Source: Tubulanus polymorphus (taxonomy: Eukaryota; Animalia; Nemertea). Taken from it: a stretch of DNA of 64,000 bases. Every line of letters begins with the position of its first letter. The first letter of the stretch is position 1. The stretch covers positions 8,898,451 through 8,962,450 of the forward strand of contig NC_134035.1 of assembly GCF_964204645.1 (NCBI RefSeq), written 5' to 3'. Shown here one piece after another: positions 1-12,347 of the stretch. Both the position numbers and the translations under genes were made by a program. Below the pieces are notes generated by a model, which was given only the letters and a program-made list of their open reading frames with translations, did not search any database and had not been told where the DNA came from.

Positions 1-2942
1 ACCGACGGCGTCTGGTTCGAAAACCGTCCGGTCGGCAAAAACAATCTCGGTCAGATGATGCAGGTGATCTCGAAGGAGGCCGAACTGTCGCAGATCTACA
101 CGAACTATTCGATACGCGTGACGTGTTTGAACGTGCTCGGCGAGTTCGGGTTCACGCCGTTCAGCGCGGCGATCTCGTCGAAGTACGCCGACTTCGCGAC
201 GTTGAAACGACAGATCGCCGACACGGTCGCCGAGGAGCTCGGATACACGTCGGGCAGTACGTGTCGTACGAACGGCGAAGAGTACCGCGCGCCGCCGACG
301 CCGCCCGTCAAAACGCCGACCGCCGCCATCGAAAAACGTACGTCGTCGAACAAAAAACGTAAGTCGGACACGCCGGTGCGCCGGACGCCGACGAAAAAAA
401 ATAAAGTCGAAATCGTAACGTGCGACACTCCGGATTCTGGTAAGTATTCGATCGTTTACAGGGTTCCGCTGAAATTCAGACTAGTTCAAATAAGACTTGA
501 GAAGACGGATCGAGGTCGGTTCTAAATTTCAGAATGGGCCATTTCTCCGCGTGTCCAGCTGGACCGGTGAGAATAGCTTAAATTCTTCGAAAAATATTGG
601 TGTCTTTTGTTAATCGGTTGTATTTCTTGTCGGTAGTATTTTTCTTAGGTAGTATTTATTGGGAACGGATTAAGCATTAGCATTTATTTGAAAAGCCTGT
701 CCTATATAGGTTAGATCTGTTCCATCGAATGGACCGAAAAGTCTGATCGAGGTTCATTCTAAATTTCAGAGTGGGCCGTTTCTCCGCGTGTCCAGCTGGA
801 CCGGCGAGAATAGCTTAAATTCTTCGAAAACTACTGGTGTTAATTCGGTCAATACAAAGTATGGGTCAAATTAGTATTGACCACTAGCTGATATTGTGAA
901 TGCAGTTTAAGGTGTAACCAGTTTATTCTGAGTTGGTCAAGGTTTATTGTTCTGCTGGTGGATGTATGTGGCAGGTGATTTTCCTCAGAGGCACAGTTGC
1001 TACGGGTTACAATTTCAATGCCCCTGTTATATGAGAATATTCGAGAAGGATTGAGAGCCTCTACGCGCGCGTTTAGTATGGCTAATCGATGATGTCAGGC
1101 CTGCTTAGAAACGTGTTAGAATTTCTCTTGAATCGCCCTGTTATTATAAGAATAGGACCCACTTTCATAGTTTGGGCCTCGCTTGTAGCAGCTGTGGCTA
1201 GTTGCGCGGTGCATCACATGCTAGTCATTGTGTATCGCAATGGTCTTTATGTAAGACCATCACTACTTTATTGATGCCCTATACAGATTATACGGGTTGA
1301 TCGTTACGCAGAATCGCCGAATAGAATGTATTGCGAAGTTCTGTGAGAATTAGGTTTTTCTATTATCTTGAGTGGTCGTGCTTGATCGATTCATCGAGTG
1401 ACTTTTTCCTGTTGAAAATTCGACCGCAATGCATTTAGTCTCCCTATATGATTGATAGTTGAACCTTTATTATTGATTTAGGCTGGATTACTGTATTAGG
1501 CAAAATGAACCTTTGTTCGATAAATAATACGGTGAAAAAATTAGGTCAAATGAGAAGCGATATAATTTTATCAGGAATCTATGCCCCCTCGTTGCGGATG
1601 CTATTTGATTTACTGATGGATCTGGTTTGTGGATATTTCGAGGGCTGGTTTTAAAGTACGGATGGACTCGGTATGCTATGCTATGCTATGCGATAATGGT
1701 AAAAGGCTGACATTTAGAGATGACCAATAATGTATGAGTCACGTATACGGCTAGTGTATAGCGGGTTACAGTACACTCTCTCTCTCACATACACAGTAAA
1801 CATCAGGCTTCTCTCAATAACTGCGGCGATGTATATGCTCTGTATACAGTACAACGCCTGCAGTCCGCCACTCTATTCATCTGTACTACTCGGCGCTCAG
1901 CTCTCGCTGCTGTAGCCATGCCTACAGGCTTTAGGAATTGATTTCATACACACTGACTGCTGACATAAGCATCAGGGCGGGGAACAGGCGGTAACCGTTA
2001 TCTGAGTAGATCTCAGTCGGTCATGCCCACTGAGAGCTGCTTTCAGTAACTAGTGACTGGCTCACTAGAGGGCACCATCGTACAGCAGTCACGTTTAGTT
2101 TCAAGTCTGAACCAGATGATCCGAGGGATTCCGAGGGATCTCTTTAAATGAACTCTACGTGATCTATCGATAAGCCTAGGTCTCTTTCAGTTAGAGAATT
2201 ATATGAATATGAGGACCTCAAGTTTTGTTAACGATATCTCACATCTGACTACGACTTCTATTTGAGAGTAGAGTTTCCATTCTTTTTAAGAACTCAACAA
2301 ATATAAAAATACCTAGAAAATCAGAATAATTTCGAGCTCATTTTCTATTAAACTATTAAACTCTGGTGAAAACTTAACTACAAACTGGTATATCAGGTCT
2401 GGTCTGGTATCCGCCGCTTGTCTTCAATATTGTCGAATATTGTCTCGTGTCATTTCTTGCTGTTGAAATGCCTGTCTTCTTGTTTTATAAGAAATTTCTA
2501 ATGTATAAAGAGAATCCCACAATAATAACGAAAATTTTTCCTGGGGCTAGTAGTTTATTCGACGTTTCAACTATATTCGGATAGTCACCATCAGGCCCTA
2601 CCACAACGTAGGAGATTTCTGATCTTCGACGAGACGACCGAACACGACGCGCGCGGCAGTTAAAGTCGGAAGATGATTTAAAATCGTGATATTTGTCTCT
2701 GAACGTGCGTACGTGTGTATTTCGTTGTAGATTACGAGTATAACGTGTACGCGCCGCTAGAACAGCCGTCTAGTCAACAGCAGATCATCGCCAGCATCGC
2801 CGAACATGAAGCGATCAACGGACACAATTCGGACGACAGTCTCACGCCGCTCACCGAGTTCCAGCCATCGCCGATCACGACTTTACAACCGTTGCGAGAA
2901 GAGCGTATTTCGTCGACGAGTAAAATAATGACGCCCTTGTGA
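1..2942 (+). CDS. DUF3504-type (Crypton tyrosine-recombinase-derived; KCTD1/ZMYM/QRICH1/KIAA1958-like) protein, 3' part. Exons <1..439 and 2731..2942
   Basis: Frame 1 is open from base 1: TDGVWFENRPVGKNNLGQMMQVISKEAELSQIYTNYSIRVTCLNVLGEFGF resembles the DUF3504 pattern W(Y/F)xxxPxGxNxLxxMxxxIxxxAxLxxxYTNHSxRxT. Donor G|gtaagt at 439/440 (phase 1) joins in frame to acceptor ttgtag|AT at 2730/2731 (DYEYNVYAPL...TPL*). Confidence 0.7.
508..838. repeat. Local direct duplication of ~90 bp in the intron (508-594 and ~745-830)
   Basis: gatcgaggt..ttctaaatttcaga.tgggcc.tttctccgcgtgtccagctggaccgg.gagaatagcttaaattcttcgaaaa occurs twice about 240 bp apart. Confidence 0.8.
2505..2596 (-). mobile_element. 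Penelope-like terminal-repeat relic with a degenerate hammerhead core
   Basis: Minus strand reads cctgatggtgactatccgaatatagttgaaacgtcgaataaa. Shares gagaatcccaca.aataacgaaaa...gctagtagtt with the element at 58215-58386. Confidence 0.45.
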
Positions 2943-3562
2943 GTTTGAAACGATATATATATATATATCTATATATATATACGACGTTGTTACGGTGTTT
3001 TTGTGCGTGTGGTGTGTTTGTGCATGTCGTGAATTCTTTTTTTTATTTCGATAAATTTCGTTTATCTTTTTTTTGTTGTCGATCACTCGGTTATCGAGTT
3101 TTTCCTAGTTCCGAACTTTTTATTTTAATTTCATCGCGCATAAGCGGTAGATTCTGGAAGATTTAAAAAAAGCTTTATTATCGCTGTTCTTTAATTTTAT
3201 AAATTCCGTAGTAGTATATTCTGTTCATCTTTATTTTCGTCATTGTTTTGGCTTTGTTCGTATTTTCTAGCGAAACCCGTTTAAATCACTGATCATTTTG
3301 ATTCGACAAAAATAAAACGATCACAGTTTCTTAGCGCGTATATTTCGGTACAACTGGTTCCACAGTCCCGAGTTAAACTCTCGAGTTAAAATCAGTTCAT
3401 TTTCAATGTTTTAACTCCCGAGTCAAATCTTAACTCGCACAACTGCGGAACCGGGTCCTGTAGTCTAAATAGCGTCGAAATATTCTTATCGAAATCGAGA
3501 TTTAAGCGGTTTTCGACTCGGATGTTTCTGATTTGGTTTCCTTGATTCATTTTGTCACGTGC

Positions 3563-6500
3563 ATGAGCGTTTTGAGTTTGCTTTACAGGGCTATTGGTTC
3601 ACAAAGCGCTAAATCATTGCTTAAAGCGAAATTCAGGTGAGTGTATACGTCGCATGGTTTTACCACTTTTACTACCCACGAGCCGCTGATACGGTTTTCA
3701 GTATAATGAAGTCAGTATTTGATTTGTGACGATGATTACCGATATAATTGTCTCGATCACCCGATATAATTTGTCTGATCAATATTTGCGGCGATGTTTT
3801 ATACGTCAATATTTCTCTTCGCGGCAGATGTTGCGACAACGTTGTTTTAAATGGCATTATTCTCGAACATGTGTTACCTCTGTAGCTTTCAGACGGATAC
3901 TTATTCATTTTGCCAGGTTGTTATTTTACCATAGCCACACACGTATGTATAGATAGATATATAGAGTACAGGTCCACGAATCATAATTGAATCGAATGTA
4001 ACGAATTTGGAATACTCGGACAAATAAATAGAGCAGGGTTCCTGTCAGTTGAGATACTGGAAAGTCATGGAATTTGAAACTAGTTTTTGAGGTCTTTTTT
4101 GATAGTTAGGGAATTTCAGCTCTTAAGCCCTCACGTCGGGGAATTTTTGTTGTAATCACATTTTCATGTTTTCTGGTCTCTATTGATTATCAATTTCTTG
4201 GCTCTTGACGTTCATCACGAGTTGCAATTCCCTAGAAATCTGGTTACTCATGGAATTCAGTGATATGGTATGATATGAAAACATTGCGACGAAAAGTCAT
4301 GTAATTTAGTAGGCCTAGATTATTCAATATCATTTTTAGTGAAGTTTGTTGTAAATATCGTATTTGAAATTTTTTTTTTTTCACTGCTCCATTTTGGTTA
4401 ATGTTAGAACATGTAATCTCTGCACTTAACGTAAAATTGGAAAGAAAAAGATTAAAACTGCAATGTCATTCCTCGTCATTTTCAGATCGCGTGCAAATCC
4501 TACGCTGCATCGGCACCTATCGACGGCACCGGGAATGGATCTGAAAGAAGTCGTCAACTGTCTAGAGACGTACGCGCCGTCGAGTCTCTCCGAGGACTGG
4601 GACAACGTCGGCTTACTGGTCGAACCGTCGGCGCCGCATACCGTCCGCAAGATGCTACTGACGAACGACCTTACCGAACCGGTGCTCGACGAGGCGATCA
4701 GCGCCAAGTGCGACATGATCTTGTCGTATCATCCGCCGATTTTTGCGCCGTTGAAACGACTGACGCAGTCGTCGGTGAAAGAACGAATCATCGTGAAATG
4801 CATCGAGAATCGTTTAGCCGTTTATTCGCCGCACACTGCGTACGACGCTCTCGATAAAGGCGTTAATAAATGGCTTATATCTGCATTCTGTAAGTACCCT
4901 GAAAAATAACCTGTTGAAACCCTTTCAGTGCTGAATAATCAATACCCTATAGTGCTGAAGATAATTTGAAAATTCTGAAAAATTCCACCCTTGTGTGTTA
5001 TATAACCGGAATAGGTCGACACCCTGGCTTGGTATATCGTTAGTTACTAATATTTCACTATGTTTGACAGGTGCTGCCATCTTTCAAGAGAGATAATTAG
5101 TAATTACATCAATACACCACAGTGCAGTGTACTAGTAAAATCCATCACTGATTCGTACACCACACTGCGGTGTAGACGCACTGAAAGGGTTAAAACCTTT
5201 TAGTGCTGAATAATTGATACCTGAAAGTGCTGGAGATAATTTGAGAAATCCCACCCCCAGTGTTTTAAAAAACGAGCATACTGCTGTAGTGTGTCTACAC
5301 CACAGTACGGTGTATCGTTAGTAACTAATATTTCACTGTTTGACAGGTACTGCCATCTGGCAATAAAGATAAAAACTAATCGCTAGTAACATCGATAAAA
5401 CCATGATACGGTGTACTAGCAAAGCATATCACCTTTTTATGCACTGTACTGCAGTGTCAACACACTGAAAGGGTTAAACAATGTCACGAGTCAGTTCACG
5501 ATTATCGTGTAACTACAAATCCCCCTGGATCCAGTTCAATAGTTAGGGTTTAAGATTTTACTAAACAGTTGAATTATGGATTTTCGAGTTCATTACTCAA
5601 ACTTTGATTCAGGGTTAGATATTTGAAATCCTTAAGTACTGAATTTTGCTTTCAACGGTGGAACAGGCCCTCCTTAAAATCAATGTTACCATATATGAAC
5701 CAGTTTTCAAATCTTATCTTTATTCAATTATCATGTTATTTCCAGCCGTCAAGTCGAGTCGTCCGATAAAACAGTCGGAATCATCGACGCACCACTGCAC
5801 CGGTGAATTCCGTTTAGAAGCGTGGGCCGACGCGTCGGGTAGTTCAACGTTACGTAACGAATTGAAAACGGTCACCGGCACGGACGTCATGTGTCAAAAC
5901 AAGTATGTACGATAATTCTTCAGTCCGCTTTTGTAGTACGATAGCTTCTCCCGGGGCAGAGATGTCACTTCTTCCCAGGCAGAGATGTCACTTCTTCCCA
6001 GGCAGAGATGTCACTTCTTCCCAGGCAGATATGTCACTTCTTCCCGGGCAGAGATGTCCCTATGACGAGATGACTGATACACAGATACAGATATAGGCTA
6101 GGGGTAACAATACCAATGTCACTTCTCTCCAGGGAGAGATGATTGATACACAGTTACTGATATAATATAGGGGTAATTAAACCAAAATCACTTGTCTTCA
6201 GGGAGAGATGACTGATCAAAAGTTATGGATATAGGCTAAGGGTAATGATACCACCTAATGGAAGTGCTCTAACAAGAGAATGAGCTATTTGAAGTGCTTG
6301 ATTACAACACCTCAAACGATTTGATATCAGTTAATTCATATATGAATAATGTTAGCGCGACGTTTGACCCCCCTTGATAACTGATCCATAATACTGATAA
6401 TATTGTATTTTCAGGATTAAGAGTAACGGTTCAGATGTAGTGAAATTGAGTATGAATTGTACGGAGAACATGTTGAGTAAAGCCGTACAGTGTTTACGTT

Positions 6501-7635
6501 TGAGTAACACGTCCGTCAGTCGTAGTATGGAAATATTCCAGTTGAAAAAGGTACGTTTTTCAGAAATGCTCGTTCTATATCATGAAAACAATGTCAGACC
6601 TCGTCTCTGACTGTAAGTATCATTTATTCATTTCAGCCACCGATGCCCGATTTTGGTATGGGTCAAGTGGGCGAATTGAATCAGGACGTTTCGTTGCGAA
6701 TGATGGTCGAAAAAGTGAAAACTCATCTGAAAATTCCGCACGTTCGTCTCGCCATCGGTACCGGTTTAGATATGGGTAAGCAATTTGATCTATATTGCCA
6801 CCAGATGGCGTCAGTTCATAGTGTCAGTCGCTAGGCGTGTTTCTGTATTTGCAATTCATCAACTAATGTTCTCTCCATACGCCGACCCTATTATTTTTAC
6901 ACCAACCCCTCTGAAGATTTGCTGTAAAAAGATCTGCTCTCCCTCTTGTTGATGTCAATGTTCTATATTATTTTGCTATCAATTCTATGATAATAATATC
7001 ATAAAAAGTAGTAGGTTAATGTGAGATTGCTCCAAAATTAAGCTTCCTTTTCAATCAAATTCCAAGCCTCTAAAAATTTGTCTTTTGTGCACGCAATGTT
7101 ACACCTTGAAGTAACACCAAGAATGAATGGAGAACCTTCGAAAATAGAGAACTGTGAAAAGTGATACAGATTATTAGTCCAAATTATAGTCAGAAAATGG
7201 GAACAACCTCCTAGTTGCAAGAAAGCACTTGTGAAATGTGTTAGATTGACAATTCAATTGTTAGTTTCGGCCAAAGAAACTGAAGTTCAACTAGAAACTA
7301 GTTCAGGCCTATCAAAATATCTAATATTGAATGTATGATTTAGTGTATTTTGTATTTTAATTATAGATTCGTTAGTGAGTTCAGTAGCGGTGTGCGCCGG
7401 ATCGGGCGCGAGCGTTTTGAAAGGTACGCCGGCCGACCTTTACCTCACCGGCGAGATGTCGCACCACGACGTATTGGACGCCGTATCGAAGGGTATCAGC
7501 GTGATACTGTGTGACCATAGCAACACGGAACGCGGGTATCTACACGTGTTGAGTAAAAACTTGCAGGAAGTGTTTTACGGGTGCGTTCAGACGGTCGTGT
7601 CAACCGTCGACGCCGATCCTCTGAACGTGGTCTGA
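3563..7635 (+). CDS. NIF3L1: NIF3-like protein 1 (DUF34/NIF3 family), 392 aa. Exons 3563..3636, 4486..4889, 5746..5902, 6415..6550, 6637..6775, 7367..7635
   Basis: Diagnostic motifs SEDWDNVGLLVEP, LLTNDLTE, SYHPPIF, VYSPHTAYD, GMG, VAVCAGSG, TGEMSHH, HSNTERGYL, DADPL. All introns are GT-AG with compatible phases and the summed CDS is 1179 nt. Exon 1 is supported by phase and composition rather than by homology. Confidence 0.93.
4920..5473. mobile_element. Two tandem piggyBac-type MITEs (4920..5189 and ~5195..5473) in NIF3L1 intron 2
   Basis: TIR CCCTTTCAGTGC...GCACTGAAAGGG followed by TTAA; same family as 11156, 52353 and 57405. Confidence 0.8.
5955..6058. repeat. 23-bp minisatellite (ggcagagatgtcacttcttccca), ~4.5 copies, with degenerate longer copies to ~6210
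   Basis: Direct tandem repeats visible in NIF3L1 intron 3. Confidence 0.85.
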
Positions 7636-9232
7636 GAATCTCGTGGGTGAATACGGAACCGGAGCTACGTCCGATGCAGAATTTGTCTCGGTTAACTCAG
7701 GATACCTAAGATTCGACTCGGTCATCAGAGCGTTAGGAAACAAGTCGCTGATTTTTCAGTCTGGGAATTTTTGCGACGTGAATGAACTTTAGATCAGACC
7801 GGTCGCAGACCAGTCGTAAGTCGATCGGACATGTTGCATTTCTTACGATGATCGGATCCTATGTGACCCGAGTGTACTTTAGACCAATCGTAACTAGCCA
7901 ATGAACCACGATGTACACGTCAAGTGACAGTTCAAAATGATCGCGGGTGACCCGGTGCCCGAATCAGCAACTCGAATTCTTGATATGATATGAGCGTTGT
8001 AAAGACTGAATCGTAGACGATCGGAATCAGGATCGGATCAGATCTTAGTGAGACCTGAGTTCGGCTTGACTGTGGAAATCCGTTCGTTGTTATGAGATTT
8101 GATTCGACTTTTGAAATTCGATTCACGTTAGACCCCGCCTGACCTGAATCACGCGGGACCAATAAATCTCCAGGCCAGTCCGAGAAACTTCGCATGCGGA
8201 GGAGAATTTCGGATATATCGTCCGGGGGCATTCGCTTACTCGAGGTCATCAGCTCCGTGTAGCGAATGGAGTCTTATACTACTGAAACCCAACCCTGTCC
8301 TTTCTCAATCTCTCACATATACAAATACTCAACCGCGTCATTTCAAATATTTGTACAGGATTTTTCGATCAATCTCGTCATTCGTTGCGAAAAACTTTTT
8401 ATAATAATGGTTTCACACGAACACGTCGGCAGCAAACGAAATACGAGAAATTCTTCAACAGTTGTTACAATTGCCTTATCGAGTACTTCACTTATATTCA
8501 AGCTTCATCGATCGATGTGTGGAATATTTTTTCTAAAATCAGTATTTTTTCTCTACTATGATATAAGGCATTCATTCGTGCTATTCTTATCTGAAAAATA
8601 TCTGTTCTTAGCAGTGCCTGAATTTCATCATCATCATCATATCAGTTGCATTTAACACATGATAACGCTATGTACCCGTTTATATTCTAATGAAAGTTGA
8701 ACCTCGCCTAATTCCGACGACCTGTTTGAATATGTTCGGGGTTTTAAGTCGACCAGTAATTAATCTGGTCAAAACTGGTCGATTACAGAATTTTCTCAAT
8801 TATTTTCGATATTTTGTTAAAGTCTACGAGCAATGTACATCAGGTCCGGATATTAAGCAAGGTAAACTTAAGTGAAACCTCTAATTTCTACTTGTAAAGT
8901 ACTTCAACAAAGTGCAGTCCAGCTTGCATTCATTGTACCAGTAATATGTTGTACATAGTCCAAAGTGCGTTTTTTTTTTGTGGTGACAAATAAGGTTTTC
9001 TAGTCTTTTTATGGAGGGACGTATTATAATAATGTAAATTATAGTGGTGAAAATACACTTAGTGTTTATATTCTTTGATATTGTAAAATCATGAAAAGGC
9101 AATCAATATATGAAAAAAATAACTATGATTATCATCATAGATATTATAATTATTATTATTATTAATATTATCAAATGTATAAAAATGAATGATCCTTGTC
9201 TACACTAGAGAGAGTCTGTGAGCCGATAAATC

Positions 9233-9371
9233 AGGGTCTGCAGTTGCTCAAAAGTTGGTTAGAGTTAATCAGTGGATACCCGGTAGTTGACATATTGACA
9301 ATTAGTAGTTCATTGTTACTATGGTATTCACCCGCTGGTTATCTTAACCAACTTTTCAGCAGCCGACCCCG
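9233..9371. mobile_element. MITE with imperfect TIRs (gttgctcaaaagttggtta / taaccaacttttcagcagc)
   Basis: Inverted ends; a truncated relative (caggggccagtcgctcaaaagttt...) is present in every GPCR unit. Confidence 0.5.
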
Positions 9372-9884
9372 GCATTTTATAGGCCGCCTAATGACAGATC
9401 TCATTTTTATCTGGATTTGCTTCTTGCGAACCGCTCGGGATGTCTCGCCTGCGGGTATGTCGGCTCTATAGTGTAGACACGGCTATGTTCTCCTTATTCA
9501 GCAAATATGTGATAAAGCCTCTAAACTTCGACTACTATGATGAAATAAGCGGTTCATTTTGCTATGTTGTTTATATTTGAATTGACAATCATGCATAATA
9601 CGCCTCTAAATAATTTTGCTATATTAAAACAATGGAGAAAACAGAGAGCGAGAGCCTTGTACAGAAATACAGTGATTCAGTATCCCAGTGATAACACAGA
9701 TATCTTAGATTTCAAGAGTCAGTGTTCTGCACTCGGGATTATTGACCGTTTAGAAAATTTCATCATTTCAAAGTACCGGTTTTAACTAGGGGATAGGGTC
9801 AAAACAGTTGGAAGGTCATCAGGTATGCCTAAAGTTATTAATTGTGTTGTAAGCTAGAATTTTTCATTGAATCTCTTCTAATCG

Positions 9885-10088
9885 TACAGGGGCCATTGCT
9901 CAAACCTCGATTTAAGCGGAACCTCATTACAACGAACTTCAGGAGATCGGAAAATCTGTTCATATTAGCTATTATGCGTTATATCCCGGACAAAAATATT
10001 GAATTTGCGATATTCGGGATGGAATGCTAGATTTGTACTTACTGAGAGATCGTTATATCTGAGGTCGTCGTAACGAAGTTCCGCTGTA
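9885..10088. mobile_element. Degenerate Tc1/pogo-like MITE
   Basis: TA-CAG...CTG-TA ends with internal cgttata/ataacg-type motifs. Confidence 0.4.
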
Positions 10089-10243
10089 GAGTTGAGACTG
10101 GTGAATAGTTGACTAAAATGACAATTACGATTTCATCGATGCTGTTTATCTCTCAGTTTACTCTATCCAACTCTTCTTTGAGTAATTGGTCGCAGGGTCC
10201 GATTTCATGAAAAAGTTTAACCTTAAACGGGTACGTTTGAATT

Positions 10244-10409
10244 GGGGTCATACATTTATTACGTACGCATTAGGGGAGGGGGAGGGGGTCAGTGCAATTG
10301 CGTACTGTAATGCTTAATGTATATGAAAAAATGGCCGATTTTGTGTACAGAGGGGGAGGAGGGGTTGAAAATTTCAAATTTTATGCGTACGTAATAAATG
10401 AATGATCCC
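10244..10409. mobile_element. MITE with ~26-bp TIR and 3-bp TSD (ATT), nested in another degenerate MITE (~10194-10500)
   Basis: ggggtcatacatttattacgtacgca ... tgcgtacgtaataaatgaatgatccc, flanked by ATT on both sides. Confidence 0.7.
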
Positions 10410-10633
10410 ATTGTTGGTCTCGGCGAAAACACGACGATGTAGCTGATATAGCGATTTAACTAGAAATTTGGGTTTTAAAGTTTTTCGTGAAACTTGACCC
10501 AGTTTTACAAAAAAGGGTAAGCCTAAAACGGTTAAGTTTGAATTGTTGTCGTCATCGAAGAAATGCAGTAACCAATAGCAATTACACAACAAATTTGAGT
10601 TAAACTTTCTCGTACCGGTAAAACTGGACCCTG

Positions 10634-10771
10634 GGGCCAGTTGCACAGTCATGACTTAGGTCCAAAAGTGGTCTTAAATCTTAAGACCAGTCTTAAGTTG
10701 TTAGATTGGCTATAGAACTAAGTTGGTCATAGACTGGTCTTAAGTCTAAGCCGTGACTGTGCAACCGGCCC
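10634..10771. mobile_element. PIF/Harbinger-like MITE with CTG target-site duplication
   Basis: ctg-gggccagttgcacagtca...tgactgtgcaaccggccc-ctg. Confidence 0.75.
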
Positions 10772-11155
10772 CTGGTCTTTATAACGATGAACATCAGGAG
10801 TGAATTTTGTTGTCCCCTTTCAGTCATTAACTATTGAGTATTGGTAGAGTATTGGTTATCATTCTTAAAGGTTATTATTACCCCGTACATATATATTTAC
10901 GTATATATATATATATATATATTGTGTAACGATTCGATGATTTGTTTTCGTTGTAAATTTAGAGTTTTTTTATGTTGTGTTTTTTCACACTTTTTGTAGT
11001 GAGAGAGAATTTTCTATTGCGGATAGCTGCAGGGTTGTACCGGTGCCAGATTCTATCATATTAGTTCATCGCATGAAAGGTCCGGGATCTTGATTGTCAA
11101 ATTATTTACGAAAAAAGTATGTGCTTTAAAGCACGGTTCATGTCGGGATTCTTAA

Positions 11156-11428
11156 ACCTTTCAGTGCTGACTAATCAATACCCTATAGTGCTGGAGATAA
11201 TTTGGAATATTTGAAACATTCCACCCTAATGTGTTGAATAACGGGAATACCACTATAGTGCGTCTACACCGCGGCGCAGTGTATCGTTAGTTATTAATAT
11301 TCACTATGTTTGACAGGTGCTGCCATCCGTAGAGATGAAAACCAATTACTATTTACATCAATACACCGCAGTGCGGTGTACTAGCAAAATCCAACACACC
11401 GCACTGCGGTGTAGACGCACTGAAAGGG
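11156..11428. mobile_element. Full-length piggyBac-type MITE at the left edge of the GPCR array; 5'-truncated copies occur in most later units
   Basis: TTAA-(a)cctttcagtgc...gcactgaaaggg-TTAA; later units keep only the part from gaaaaattcc onward. Confidence 0.8.
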
Positions 11429-12347
11429 TTAAAGATTGGATAGATTTTTAAGTACAATTTTTTATCATTTTGAAACGTTTTTCTGACTCAACATTCGGTT
11501 GAACCAGAAACTGAGTCCCGAGACTTTATAGAGATAAACAGATAACTATAGAAATTCTGTTTTGTTTTAATTTCTTGTTGAAATGTACACACTTTGTATT
11601 GTTAGTTTTGTTAATTGCCAAGTAATATGAATCAATAAAGTGCGTGACTCCAAAAAAAACTTCTACTTCTTTGGATGGTCTACTCAGCGACATTCATTTA
11701 TTGCGTGCACTTTGTGAGAGAAAGGGCTTAATGTACCTATGTCAAAAAATGGCAGGGAGGGGAGTTAGAAAATTCAAATTTTGTGCGCACGTAATCAATG
11801 AATGAAACTTCAGCAAAGTGCTGAAGAGAGCTACTTTCGGACTTATGCAAGTTATCTAGTAGAATGTGACACAAATGTAGGTAATATTACGCAGTGTCCA
11901 ACCTAAGCACTTAGTCTGATAGCCCAGATAAGTATATTTTCATAAGGGCAAGTAGGTTATCATTTTATCACTTGTCCATTCAGACACTGGACTACTACAA
12001 TTTTATGTCTCAAAGCTTTTTTTGCCACTCGATACAACAGGGGCCAGTCGCTCAAAAGTTTAGTTTAAGATAACCGGCAGATAAATACCATAGTGACAAT
12101 GAACTTTTAATGGTCACTATGTCAACTATCCACTGGTTAACTAAACAACTGCAATGAAGGGCAAGTTGATTTTTGAAGGGGCTAGCGAAATTTCAGACAT
12201 GATATCTTGTTTGAAACCGACTCTTATGAATCCGATGACGAATTATGAATTGCCATAATCACCATGATCAGAAACAAAAGGTTAACAAGGATTTTCTTAT
12301 CGTATTACATTAGACTGGATGCACCACGTCGCGCTGACAGTTTATTG

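Noticed and set aside
4463-4485. ORF-track start MSFLVIF for NIF3L1
   Set aside because: It overlaps the polypyrimidine tract and acceptor (ttttcag at 4485); the upstream exon at 3563 gives a better model.
7932-8655. 105-aa and 129-aa ORFs downstream of NIF3L1
   Set aside because: They overlap degenerate inverted repeats and probable 3' UTR sequence and show no protein family features.
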